Assembly (NCBI GenBank): GCA_963730185.1 | Contig: CAVSQW010000014.1 | Coordinates: 192,001-256,000, forward strand | Direction: 5' to 3' | Source of the DNA: an uncultured Gemmatimonadales bacterium | GTDB lineage: Bacteria > Gemmatimonadota > Gemmatimonadetes > Gemmatimonadales > GWC2-71-9 | DNA length: 64,000 bases | Part shown: in pieces, positions 25,183 to 33,889 of the stretch | Numbering within the stretch: the stretch's first letter is position 1 | Layout of the letters: each line of letters begins with the position of its first letter | Made by a program: the position numbers and the translations under genes | Notes under the pieces: generated by a model | What the model saw: only the letters and a program-made list of their open reading frames with translations | Told to the model about the DNA's origin: nothing | The model's database searches: none

Positions 25183-27948
25183 ATGCGCTCGGACGAATCG
25201 TTGGTCGGGCGGATGGATCGGTTGGGGGTGGAGCGGCTGGCTCGGTCCGCCGGACTGCCGGCGATCCTGGCGGGCCGGGTGGCCCAAGTGGTGGTGGGGA
25301 GCCGGCTCTCGGAGGATCGGCGGGTGGAGGTGTACCGCGAGCTGGTGAGCCACTTCCAGGACGGTCTGGCCGAGGGGCGGAGCGCGGAGGAGTTGTTGGA
25401 GGCGTTCGGCGACGCGGGACGGGCCGCGGCGATGATCGGGGAAGAGAAGCGGGTGGTGACCCCCGAGGCACGGGGGGGCGCCGGCCCGCGCGACCGGGTC
25501 CTGCTCCGGCTCTGGCGTGATGCCCGCTACGCGGTGCGGCGGCTGGTGGCCCGGCCGACGTTCGCGATTACCGCGATCCTCTCCCTCGCGCTGGGCATCG
25601 GCGCCAACGCCGCGATGTTCACGCTGGTGAACGATCTGATCCTCCGGAAGCCGCCGGTTCAGGATCCCGATCGCCTGGTGGACATCTACTTCGCGACCGA
25701 GTCCGCTCCGTTCGATCCGCTTTCCTATCCGGACGTGCGGGACCTGGGCCGTGAGGCGTCGTCGGCATTTTCGATGGTGGGCGGCATGCGATTTGGGATC
25801 GCCCCGCGCGAGGAGGGCGGCCGAGTCCAGCAGCTCACGGTGGAACTGGTGACCGGCAACTACTTCGACCTGCTGGGACTCCGGCCGGGTGCGGGTCGGC
25901 TGATCGATTCCACCGACGCCGGGGCCCCGGGCCGGAGCGCCGTCGTGGTCCTGAGCGACCGTTACTGGCGCCAGGCGTTCGGCGCCGATCCCAAGGCGAT
26001 TGGTCAGGAGATCCGGCTGTCGTCGACGCCGTACACGATCATCGGGGTCACGCCTCGCGATTTCACCGGGTCGCTGCCCGGGCTCGCACCGGACGTCTAC
26101 GTCCCGGTGACGATGATCGACTACATCGATCCCAGCTCGACCAACCAACTCGAGGCCCGTGGGAACCACGCGATGTTCGTCAAGGGACGGCTCCGTCCCG
26201 GGGTTTCGCTGCCTCAGGCGGAAGCCGCCGTCGGCGCGGTGGCCCGCTCCTTCATCGACGCGCGGCTGGGCGACTGGCGGGAAGGGGACGGGGTCCGGCT
26301 GGTCCCCGCCTCCGAGGTGATCATCTATCCGCCGGTGGACGAGATCATCCGTCCGGTGGCGATCCTGCTGATGGTCGTGGTGGGCCTGGTGCTGGTGATC
26401 GCCTGCGCCAACCTGGCGGGCTTCCTGTTGGCCCGGGCGGTGGACCGGCGCAAGGAGGTCGCGGTCCGGCTGGCGCTGGGCGCCACCCGCGGGCAGCTGG
26501 TGTCGCAGCTGATGGTCGAGACGCTACTGCTGGCGCTGATCGGAGGCGGGGTAGGACTCGTGCTCGGCCGGCTCGGGCTCCAAGCGGTCATGGCCGCCGA
26601 CCTGCCGATGCCGGTGCCGATCACCTTGCGCCTGAGCCTCGACTGGCGGGTGCTGACCTTTTCGATCGGGGTCTCCGTCGCGGCCGGGATGCTCTTCGGG
26701 CTGGCCCCGGCGCTGCAGTCCACCCGGCTCAACCTGGCCGGCGTGATCCGCGACGAAAGCACGGGCGGAGGGCGGAGCAAGGGCACCCTCCGGAGCGTGC
26801 TCGTGGCCGGTCAGGTGGCCGTCTCGGTGGTGCTGCTGGTCGCGGCCGGGCTCTTCGTCCGGAGCCTCGACGTGGCCCGTCGGGTGGATCCCGGCTTCGG
26901 CGGCCGGCCGGCCGGGCTGGTCTGGCTCACGCTGCCCGGCACGGACCTCGCCGCTAAGCGGGTGACGCTCGATCGGATCGAGCGGCGGATCGGCGAGCTG
27001 CCGGGCGTCCGCGAGGTCGGAGCGGGCGAGAACATCCACCTCAACCTGCTCAATCAGATGTTCCTGATCGCCAACGTCGACGGCGTCGCGCCGCCGCCGG
27101 GGCAGGATGGATTCCAGGTCAATCGGTCGGCGATCGACAGCGGCTACGTGGCCGCCGCCGGGCTCCGGCTGGTGGCCGGCCGGAACATCCGGGCCGGCGA
27201 TGTGGACTCGACCGCCCGCGTCGCGCTCGTCAACCAGGCCTTCGTCGAGAAATTCTGGCCCGGCAAGGACCCCATCGGACGGCGGTTCCGGGATGGGCGG
27301 GACGGTCCCGAGTACGAGGTGGTGGGCGTGGTCAACACGGCCAAGATCCGGAGCCTGGCCGAGGATCCGACCCCCTTCGTCTACACCGCGCTCGGCCAGG
27401 GAGACCCCTCGGCCATCTGGCTGGTGGCGGCGACGGCGGGCGATCCCGAGTCCCTCTTGGAGCCGATCCTCCGGGCCGTCCGAGCCGAGGCGCCGGACGC
27501 GCTGATCATTCAGGAGCGGACCATGGCTCGGCATCTCCGGATCATGACCCTGCCGCTCCAGCTCGGGGTCTCGGCTCTCGGCGCGTTCGCGTTGCTGGCC
27601 CTCCTGATGGCGAGCATCGGGCTTTACGGCACGGTGAGCTATGCGGTGGCGCAGCGGAGCCGCGAGGTCGGGATCCGGCTCTCGCTGGGCGCCGATCGCG
27701 GCATGGTGGTGCGACTGCTGCTCTGGAGTGGGTTCCGGCTGGTGTTGGCCGGCGCGGTCGTGGGCGTGCTGGTGGCGTTCGCGCTGAGCCGGCTGCTTCA
27801 GGGACTGCTCTTCGGGGTGGGGGCGGCCGACCCGCTCACCTTCCTGGCGGTGCCGGCCATCCTAATGGCGGTGGCGCTGCTGGCCACCTGGCTGCCCGCC
27901 CGGCGAGCCGGGCAGGTCGACCCGGTGCGCGCGCTGCGCGCCGACTGA
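25183..27948 (+). CDS. ADOP-type duplicated MacB/FtsX ABC permease with N-terminal helical prefix
   Basis: LALGIGANAAMF, IACANLA, E.AVRLALGA, DPGF, REVGIRLSLGA, PARRA...DP..ALR. Confidence 0.93.
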   Translation: MRSDESLVGRMDRLGVERLARSAGLPAILAGRVAQVVVGSRLSEDRRVEVYRELVSHFQDGLAEGRSAEELLEAFGDAGRAAAMIGEEKRVVTPEARGGAGPRDRVLLRLWRDARYAVRRLVARPTFAITAILSLALGIGANAAMFTLVNDLILRKPPVQDPDRLVDIYFATESAPFDPLSYPDVRDLGREASSAFSMVGGMRFGIAPREEGGRVQQLTVELVTGNYFDLLGLRPGAGRLIDSTDAGAPGRSAVVVLSDRYWRQAFGADPKAIGQEIRLSSTPYTIIGVTPRDFTGSLPGLAPDVYVPVTMIDYIDPSSTNQLEARGNHAMFVKGRLRPGVSLPQAEAAVGAVARSFIDARLGDWREGDGVRLVPASEVIIYPPVDEIIRPVAILLMVVVGLVLVIACANLAGFLLARAVDRRKEVAVRLALGATRGQLVSQLMVETLLLALIGGGVGLVLGRLGLQAVMAADLPMPVPITLRLSLDWRVLTFSIGVSVAAGMLFGLAPALQSTRLNLAGVIRDESTGGGRSKGTLRSVLVAGQVAVSVVLLVAAGLFVRSLDVARRVDPGFGGRPAGLVWLTLPGTDLAAKRVTLDRIERRIGELPGVREVGAGENIHLNLLNQMFLIANVDGVAPPPGQDGFQVNRSAIDSGYVAAAGLRLVAGRNIRAGDVDSTARVALVNQAFVEKFWPGKDPIGRRFRDGRDGPEYEVVGVVNTAKIRSLAEDPTPFVYTALGQGDPSAIWLVAATAGDPESLLEPILRAVRAEAPDALIIQERTMARHLRIMTLPLQLGVSALGAFALLALLMASIGLYGTVSYAVAQRSREVGIRLSLGADRGMVVRLLLWSGFRLVLAGAVVGVLVAFALSRLLQGLLFGVGAADPLTFLAVPAILMAVALLATWLPARRAGQVDPVRALRAD

Positions 27949-27952
27949 GTCG

Positions 27953-28516
27953 TCAGGGCTGGAAGCGACCCGGCGGGCGGCCACCCATGCCGCCCCGCCG
28001 CTCCTCCATCATCTTCTCGGCGTCCTTCCGGCGCTCCTTGCGCCACTTGTCGTACTTCTTCCACTGGTCCTTGGTCAGCAGCTCCTTCTTGAGGCCTTCG
28101 TCGAAGGCTTTCTGACGCTCCGCCAGGCTCTTCGTCAAATCCTGCATCGCCTGCATGTTCGCGCGGGCCCGGGCGAAGTCGTCCTGCCGCATACCCCGCA
28201 TGCTGGCCATGAAGTCGGTCAGGCTGTCGCGGCCCGGCTGGGTCTCCTTCATGTACGCCAGCCGGCGCTCCATGTACGTCTGCTTGAGACTGTCGTTGCC
28301 CTCCACGATCCGGGTGAACTCGTCCGCCACCGGGGGGCCTTCGCGGACGACGGGATCGGGCGGGGTCATCCGCCGACGGCCCTCGAAGCCGCCGCGCTCG
28401 CCGCCCCGGCCGCGGCCGCCGCCCATCCGGTTGGGATACTGGGCCTGGGCGGTGGGGACGGCGAAGGCGGCGAGGGCGAGGCCGGCGACGAGGCCGAATG
28501 ACCAGCGACCACGCAT
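27953..28516 (-). CDS. Exported helical hypothetical protein (Spy/CpxP-like character)
   Basis: Signal peptide ending AQA; Gly/Arg-rich termini; LLTKDQWKKY resembles LTxxQ. Confidence 0.65.
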   Translation of the reverse strand: MRGRWSFGLVAGLALAAFAVPTAQAQYPNRMGGGRGRGGERGGFEGRRRMTPPDPVVREGPPVADEFTRIVEGNDSLKQTYMERRLAYMKETQPGRDSLTDFMASMRGMRQDDFARARANMQAMQDLTKSLAERQKAFDEGLKKELLTKDQWKKYDKWRKERRKDAEKMMEERRGGMGGRPPGRFQP

Positions 28517-28765
28517 GGAAATCTCCTGGAAGAAAGTCACGTTCGTCCCTGTTTCGACACGGCTCGGTGGGATCCCCCTCACAGGGGGGCGGCTGCGGAT
28601 TCAGCCGCCGCGGACGCGGGCCGGGCGATGGGTCTCGGCCGGCGAGTGCCAGACGGGACCGGAGTCTGCCGGGCAGGGACAAGGAGGAGCGGTGGCCCTA
28701 CCGTCCGGGGCCGATTCCGACTATCTTTTCGCGCTCTATCTTACTGTATTTCAAGGGGTTGGGTC

Positions 28766-29965
28766 ATGGCGACCGGAACCGCGTCCTCTCAATTCCAGGG
28801 TGTCGACTTCTATCGAATGGACACGCTCCTGAGCGAAGAGGAGCGAGCCATTCGAGACACGGTCCGAGCCTGGGTCGACGACAACGTGATGCCGATCATT
28901 GGCGACGCGTATGTCAAAGGTCGGTTTCCGAACGAGCTCATCGCCGGGCTGGCGGAGCTCGGGATGCTGGGCGCCAACCTGCCGGAAGAGTACGGCTGCG
29001 CTGGGCTCAACAACGTGGCCTACGGGCTCATCATGCAGGAGCTGGAACGGGGCGACAGCGGGATCCGCTCGTTCGCATCGGTCCAGGGCGCGCTGGTCAT
29101 GTATCCGATCTTCGCGTTCGGCTCGGAGGAGCAGCGGAAGCACTGGCTCCCGCGGCTGGCGAGCGGCCAGGAGATCGGCTGCTTCGGCCTGACCGAGCCA
29201 GATTTCGGATCGAATCCGGGCGGGATGATCACGACCGCCAAGGAGACGGCCGACGGCTGGGTGCTGAACGGCACCAAGATGTGGATCACCAACGGCTCCC
29301 AGGCGACGGTGGCGGTGGTGTGGGCCAAGACCGGCGCGATCGACGACGCCAAGTCGATCCGGGGCTTCATCGTTCCGACCGCCACCAAGGGGTTCACGGC
29401 CAAAGACCAGAAGGGCAAGCTCTCGCTCCGGGCGTCGGACACCAGCGAGCTCCATCTGGAAGACGTGCACCTGCCGAAGGACGCGATCCTGCCCCAGTCC
29501 GGCGGGCTCAAGAGCCCGCTCTCCTGCCTGACTCAGGCCCGCTACGGGATCGCGTGGGGCGCGGTGGGCGCCGCGATGGCGTGTTACGACGAGGCGGTCC
29601 GCTACGCCAAGAACCGGGTGATGTTCGGCAAGCCGATCGGGGCGACCCAGATCCAGCAGGTCCGCCTGGCCGACATGTTGACGGAGATTACCAAGGCGCA
29701 GCTCCTGGTCCTCCAGCTCGGTCGGCTCAAGGACGCTGGCACGATGACCCCGCAACAGGTGTCGCTGGCCAAGCGGAACAACGTCAACGTGGCCTGCGAG
29801 TGCGCCCGCGAGGCACGCCGGCTCCTCGGTGCGAACGGGATCCTGGCGGAGTATCACTCGATGCGTCACCTGGCCAACCTGGAGTCGGTCTACACCTACG
29901 AAGGAACCCACGACATGCATTCCCTGATCCTGGGGCAGGAGATCACCGGGGAAGCGGCGTTCTGA
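28766..29965 (+). CDS. gcdH: Acyl-CoA dehydrogenase, glutaryl-CoA dehydrogenase-like
   Basis: ELERGDSG.RS..SVQ, CFGLTEPD.GS, KMWITNG, ARYGIAWG, TYEGTHD.H.LILG. Confidence 0.85.
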   Translation: MATGTASSQFQGVDFYRMDTLLSEEERAIRDTVRAWVDDNVMPIIGDAYVKGRFPNELIAGLAELGMLGANLPEEYGCAGLNNVAYGLIMQELERGDSGIRSFASVQGALVMYPIFAFGSEEQRKHWLPRLASGQEIGCFGLTEPDFGSNPGGMITTAKETADGWVLNGTKMWITNGSQATVAVVWAKTGAIDDAKSIRGFIVPTATKGFTAKDQKGKLSLRASDTSELHLEDVHLPKDAILPQSGGLKSPLSCLTQARYGIAWGAVGAAMACYDEAVRYAKNRVMFGKPIGATQIQQVRLADMLTEITKAQLLVLQLGRLKDAGTMTPQQVSLAKRNNVNVACECAREARRLLGANGILAEYHSMRHLANLESVYTYEGTHDMHSLILGQEITGEAAF

Positions 29966-30036
29966 GATTGGGAGTTGGGAGTCGGGAGTAGGGAGTGGTG
30001 AATAGGGAGTGAGTGGTGACTGGTGAGTAGGGGAGA
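29966..30036 (+). repeat. 7-nt tandem repeat after the acyl-CoA DH stop
   Basis: gggagtt gggagtc gggagta gggagtg ... gtgactggtgagtagggg; shares gagtcgggagtagggag and gtgactggtgagt with the minus strand of 5682-5756. Confidence 0.85.
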
Positions 30037-30078
30037 CGACCCTGCTCGGATGGCTCGAATTCTTCACGGGAGTGGGCT

Positions 30079-30828
30079 TTGCGTATCGCGGTCTGCCTGA
30101 AGCGGGTGCCGGACACCACGGCGAAGATCGCCGTGGGGGCGAGCGGCACCGCTATCGACGAAGCGGGGGTGAAGTTCGTCCCCAATCCCTACGACGAATA
30201 CGCCATCGAGGCGGCCATCGCGCTCAAGGCCAAGGCCGGCTCGGGAGAGACCACGGTGGTGAGCCTGGGCGGCGACAGCTCTCAGGAGACGATCCGGACG
30301 GCGCTCGCCATGGGCATCGACCGAGGGGTGCTGCTCAAAGGCGCCGGCTCGGCCGACGGCCTGGCGGTGGCGCGGGCGCTGGCGGCCGAGTTCCAGGGCG
30401 CGGGACACGACCTGATCCTGTTCGGCAAGATGGCGGTGGACGACTACAACCATCAGGTCGGACCGATGACGGCGGAGCTGCTCGAGCTGCCCTGCATCAC
30501 GGCGGTGTCGTCCCTCGAGATCGCCGACGGCGCGGTCACGGCCGAGCGGGAGATCGAGGGCGGCGTCGAGGTGGTGACCTGCCGGCTCCCGGCGGTGATC
30601 ACCGCCGACAAGGGGATCAACACCCCCCGGCTGCCGTCGCTCAAGGGCATCATGGCGGCCAAGAAGAAGCCGCTCGAAGTCAAGGACGCCGCGCTCGGCG
30701 AGGCCGGCCTCGAGATCCAGAGCCTGGCGTTGCCGCCCGAGCGGCAGGCGGGCCGAATCGTGGGCGAAGGGGCGGATGCGGTGCCGGCCCTGGTCCAGCT
30801 CCTTCGAACCGAAGCCAAGGTGATCTGA
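30079..30828 (+). CDS. etfB: Electron transfer flavoprotein beta subunit
   Basis: CLKRVPD, NPYDEYAIE.A, ALAMG.D, PRLPSLKGIMAAKKK; TTG start. Confidence 0.95.
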   Translation: MRIAVCLKRVPDTTAKIAVGASGTAIDEAGVKFVPNPYDEYAIEAAIALKAKAGSGETTVVSLGGDSSQETIRTALAMGIDRGVLLKGAGSADGLAVARALAAEFQGAGHDLILFGKMAVDDYNHQVGPMTAELLELPCITAVSSLEIADGAVTAEREIEGGVEVVTCRLPAVITADKGINTPRLPSLKGIMAAKKKPLEVKDAALGEAGLEIQSLALPPERQAGRIVGEGADAVPALVQLLRTEAKVI

Positions 30829-30830
30829 CG

Positions 30831-31808
30831 ATGGCGGCCATTCTCGCGGTGACGGAACAGCGACAGGGCGCCCTCAAGAAGGTGTCGCACGAGGTGGTGG
30901 CGGCGGCCCGGACGCTGGCCGGCGGGCTCGGTGCCACGGTCGACGCGCTGGTGCTCGGCGCCGACCAGGTCGCGGGCTCGGCCGGCCTCGGCGCGGCCGG
31001 CGCCGACCGGGTGCTCGTCGCATCCAACCAGGGCTTCGGGCTCTACAACCCCGACGGCTACGCGGCCACGATCGCCTCGATCGGGAGGGACTATGCCGCG
31101 ATCGTGTTCGCGGCGACGGCCATGGGCAAGGACCTGGCGCCCCGGGTGGCCGCCCGGTTGGGCGTGGCCTGCGCGACCGAGGTGACCGAGCTGGGCGTCG
31201 AGGGCGGCAAGGTCGTCGCGACCCGGCCGGTCTATGCCGGCAAGGCCCTCCAGCGGGTGCTGGTGAGCGCCACCCCGGCCATCGTCTCGATTCGGCCGAA
31301 CACGTTCCGGGCGGATGGCCAGGCGGGTGGGCGGGCCGACGCACCGGTCGAGAGCCTGGCGGTCCCGGCCTTCGAGCAGCGGGTCACGGTCACCGAGATC
31401 AAGGCGCCGGAGCATGCCGCCCTCGACGTGGCCGAGGCGCCGATCGTGGTGTCGGGCGGACGGGGTCTCAAGGAGCCGGCGAATTTCAAGCTGATCGAGG
31501 CGCTGGCCGAGGCGCTCGGCAACGCCGCCGTGGGCGCCAGCCGCGCGGTGGTCGACGCCGGCTGGCGGGAGCACGCCGCCCAGGTGGGCCAGACCGGCAA
31601 GACCGTGTCGCCGGCCCTCTACGTCGCGGTGGGCATCTCCGGCGCGATTCAGCACCTGGCCGGGATGCGGACCTCGAAGGTCATCGTCGCGATCAACAAG
31701 GACAAGGACGCCCCGATCTTCAAGGTGGCCGACTACGGGATCGTCGGCGACCTGTTCGAGGTCGTGCCCCGGCTCACCGAGGAGATCACCAAACTCCGCG
31801 CCGAGTAG
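30831..31808 (+). CDS. etfA: Electron transfer flavoprotein alpha subunit
   Basis: VSGGRG, GASRAVVDAGW, QVGQTGK, GISGAIQH.AGM, AINKD. Confidence 0.96.
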   Translation: MAAILAVTEQRQGALKKVSHEVVAAARTLAGGLGATVDALVLGADQVAGSAGLGAAGADRVLVASNQGFGLYNPDGYAATIASIGRDYAAIVFAATAMGKDLAPRVAARLGVACATEVTELGVEGGKVVATRPVYAGKALQRVLVSATPAIVSIRPNTFRADGQAGGRADAPVESLAVPAFEQRVTVTEIKAPEHAALDVAEAPIVVSGGRGLKEPANFKLIEALAEALGNAAVGASRAVVDAGWREHAAQVGQTGKTVSPALYVAVGISGAIQHLAGMRTSKVIVAINKDKDAPIFKVADYGIVGDLFEVVPRLTEEITKLRAE

Positions 31809-31824
31809 GCGCCTGGAGGGTGGC

Positions 31825-32676
31825 ATGTTGGAGCGGCTGCCGGACCTGTCGGTCGACGCCACCCGGGTGGCCGCGGCGGCGTTGAGCGAGGACGGGATCG
31901 TCGATCTCACCACCGCGGTCACTGTCCGCCAACCGGTCGCCGGTGAGGCGGTCGTCGAGGCCCGCACCCCCTGCGTGGTGGCGGGCCTTCTCTACGCCGG
32001 CACGACCGCCCGGGCCGCGGGATGCGGGATTGCCTGGGCCGTCGACGACGGCCAGTGGCTCGAGCCGGGGCCCCTGGGCCGGATGCGGGGCGATCTGGCC
32101 GCCCTGCTCCGGGCCGAGCGGGCGGTGCTCAACATCCTCCAGCGATCGGCCGGGATCGCGACCCTGACCCGTCGTTTCGTCGAAGCGGTCGCGGGAACAC
32201 CGTGCCGGGTGCTCCATACCCGAAAGACGGCGCCCGGCCTCAGGCTCCTGGACGTGGCCGCCGTGGTGGCGGGGGGTGGCGCGGTCCATCGGCTCGATCT
32301 CTCCCACACCGTGATGGTGAAGGACAACCACTGGCGGGCGCTGGCGCGGGAACGGCGTTCGCTGCGGGACGCGCTCCAGGCCGCCCGCGCTCGCGGCGCC
32401 CTGGCGTGTCAGGTGGAGGTCGAGTCGGAGGGACAGGTGGTGGAGGCGTGCGAGGCCGGGGCCGACCGGCTGCTGATCGACAACCAATCAGCCGACCGGG
32501 TGCGGGAGTGGGGCGCGGTCGCGCGCGGGCTCCGCGCCGAGATCGCGATCGAAGCCACCGGCGGCATCACCCTCGGAACGGTGCGTGCCTATGCCGACGC
32601 CGGCGCCGATTACGTGTCGATCGGTGCCCTGACCCACAGCGTCCGGGCCGCCGACATCGCGCTCACCCTCGACTGA
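31825..32676 (+). CDS. nadC: Quinolinate phosphoribosyltransferase (nicotinate-nucleotide diphosphorylase)
   Basis: AER..LN, TRKT.PG, HR..L, KDNH, EVE, IDN, EATGG, SIGALTHS. Confidence 0.93.
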   Translation: MLERLPDLSVDATRVAAAALSEDGIVDLTTAVTVRQPVAGEAVVEARTPCVVAGLLYAGTTARAAGCGIAWAVDDGQWLEPGPLGRMRGDLAALLRAERAVLNILQRSAGIATLTRRFVEAVAGTPCRVLHTRKTAPGLRLLDVAAVVAGGGAVHRLDLSHTVMVKDNHWRALARERRSLRDALQAARARGALACQVEVESEGQVVEACEAGADRLLIDNQSADRVREWGAVARGLRAEIAIEATGGITLGTVRAYADAGADYVSIGALTHSVRAADIALTLD

Positions 32677-32739
32677 CCCGAGCGCTCAGCCGGCGTCGGC
32701 GACCATCGATCCCTCGCTCCTGCCGCCAGGGCCGCCGCT

Positions 32740-33695
32740 TCATTCGCCGAGCAGGAACCGGCGCATCTCACGAACGACCAGCGCTTCGTCCACGATGAAC
32801 AGGTAGTGGTTGACGTCGTGGAGCTCGACGACTCGCGCGTTCTTGACGCCGGCGCGAAACCGCTCGATGGCGGCGCCGGCCCACGTTGCGAGCGGCCGGA
32901 TGTCGCGATCGAACTCCTTTTGCTGCGCGGGACCGAGACGCCAATAGAAGGCCACGCGATACTGGGGCGTGAAGCGATTGAAGATGCCGAGCGCCGGCGC
33001 GCGGATCCGATCGTATTGGGCCGGCCGGAGCCCCTGGACGATCGGAATCCACCGTCGCGAGCGTCGGCCGCGGCAGCGCGCCGCACCGACGCCAGATCCG
33101 CCGCGGTCCACTCCGCCGGTAAGGGCGGCTGCGGGAGCGCCGCCCACCCGCCCCACCCCAGGTCCAGGGCATCCAAGTAGACCAGCTTCTCGACCCGCTC
33201 CGGATCGGCCGCGCCGAGCTGGTTCAGCTCGGTACCGGCCACGGAGTGCCCGACGAACACCGCCCCGCGAATGCCCAGGGTGTCGAGGACGGCGATGTCG
33301 TCGCGTACCCGGGTGCCGATGTCGTAGCCTCCTTCCGGCTGGCTGGAGCGGCCGAACCCTCGGCGGGTAATCCCGATGACGTGGAAGCGATCGGTGAACT
33401 GGTCGGCAAACCGGTCGAAGACGTGGGCGTTGTCCCCCAGCCCGGCGAGCAGGACCATCGACTCGCCCGTGCCGCCCCAATCGAGGACCTCGAGGCGGAC
33501 GCCGGGCTCGACCGCGACGAACCGGCTGGAGTGCCCCGCGCGGTCGCACCCACAGGGATCGCCGGACGTGCCGGTCGGGGCTTTGCCGACTGGTGCGACG
33601 ATGTCATCCCGGGCAGAACGAGCCAGGAGGGTCCCAATGCCGACGCCACCCAGACCGCCGAGCGCGAGCAGAACCCAAGACCTCCAGGTTGCCAA
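32740..33695 (-). pseudogene. Alpha/beta hydrolase interrupted by a frameshift, probably with an internal deletion, near 33043
   Basis: N-terminal frame has LEVLDWGG, TRRGFG.S, GHSVAG, YLDA. C-terminal frame has YDRIRAPALGI, NHYLFI, MRRFL. TTG start with a strong RBS. Confidence 0.8.
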
Positions 33696-33889
33696 CTCCC
33701 ACCTCCTCTTCGTCGGGTGCCGGTGCTTCGGGTTCGGGCGCGATTGGATCGCGAGCGACTGGCATCCAAGTCGCCGGAGGCACCCCCGGTCGAACCGGAC
33801 GCGTCAATGATATCGGGAGAGCGCGACCCCGGGTACCGTTATATTCTGGCTCGAACCCCTTCACCCATTTCGACGACCGAGAGCTCACG

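Noticed and set aside
30072..31808. 578-aa extended EtfA
   Set aside because: The first 253 codons overlap etfB out of frame; the real start is ATG 30831.
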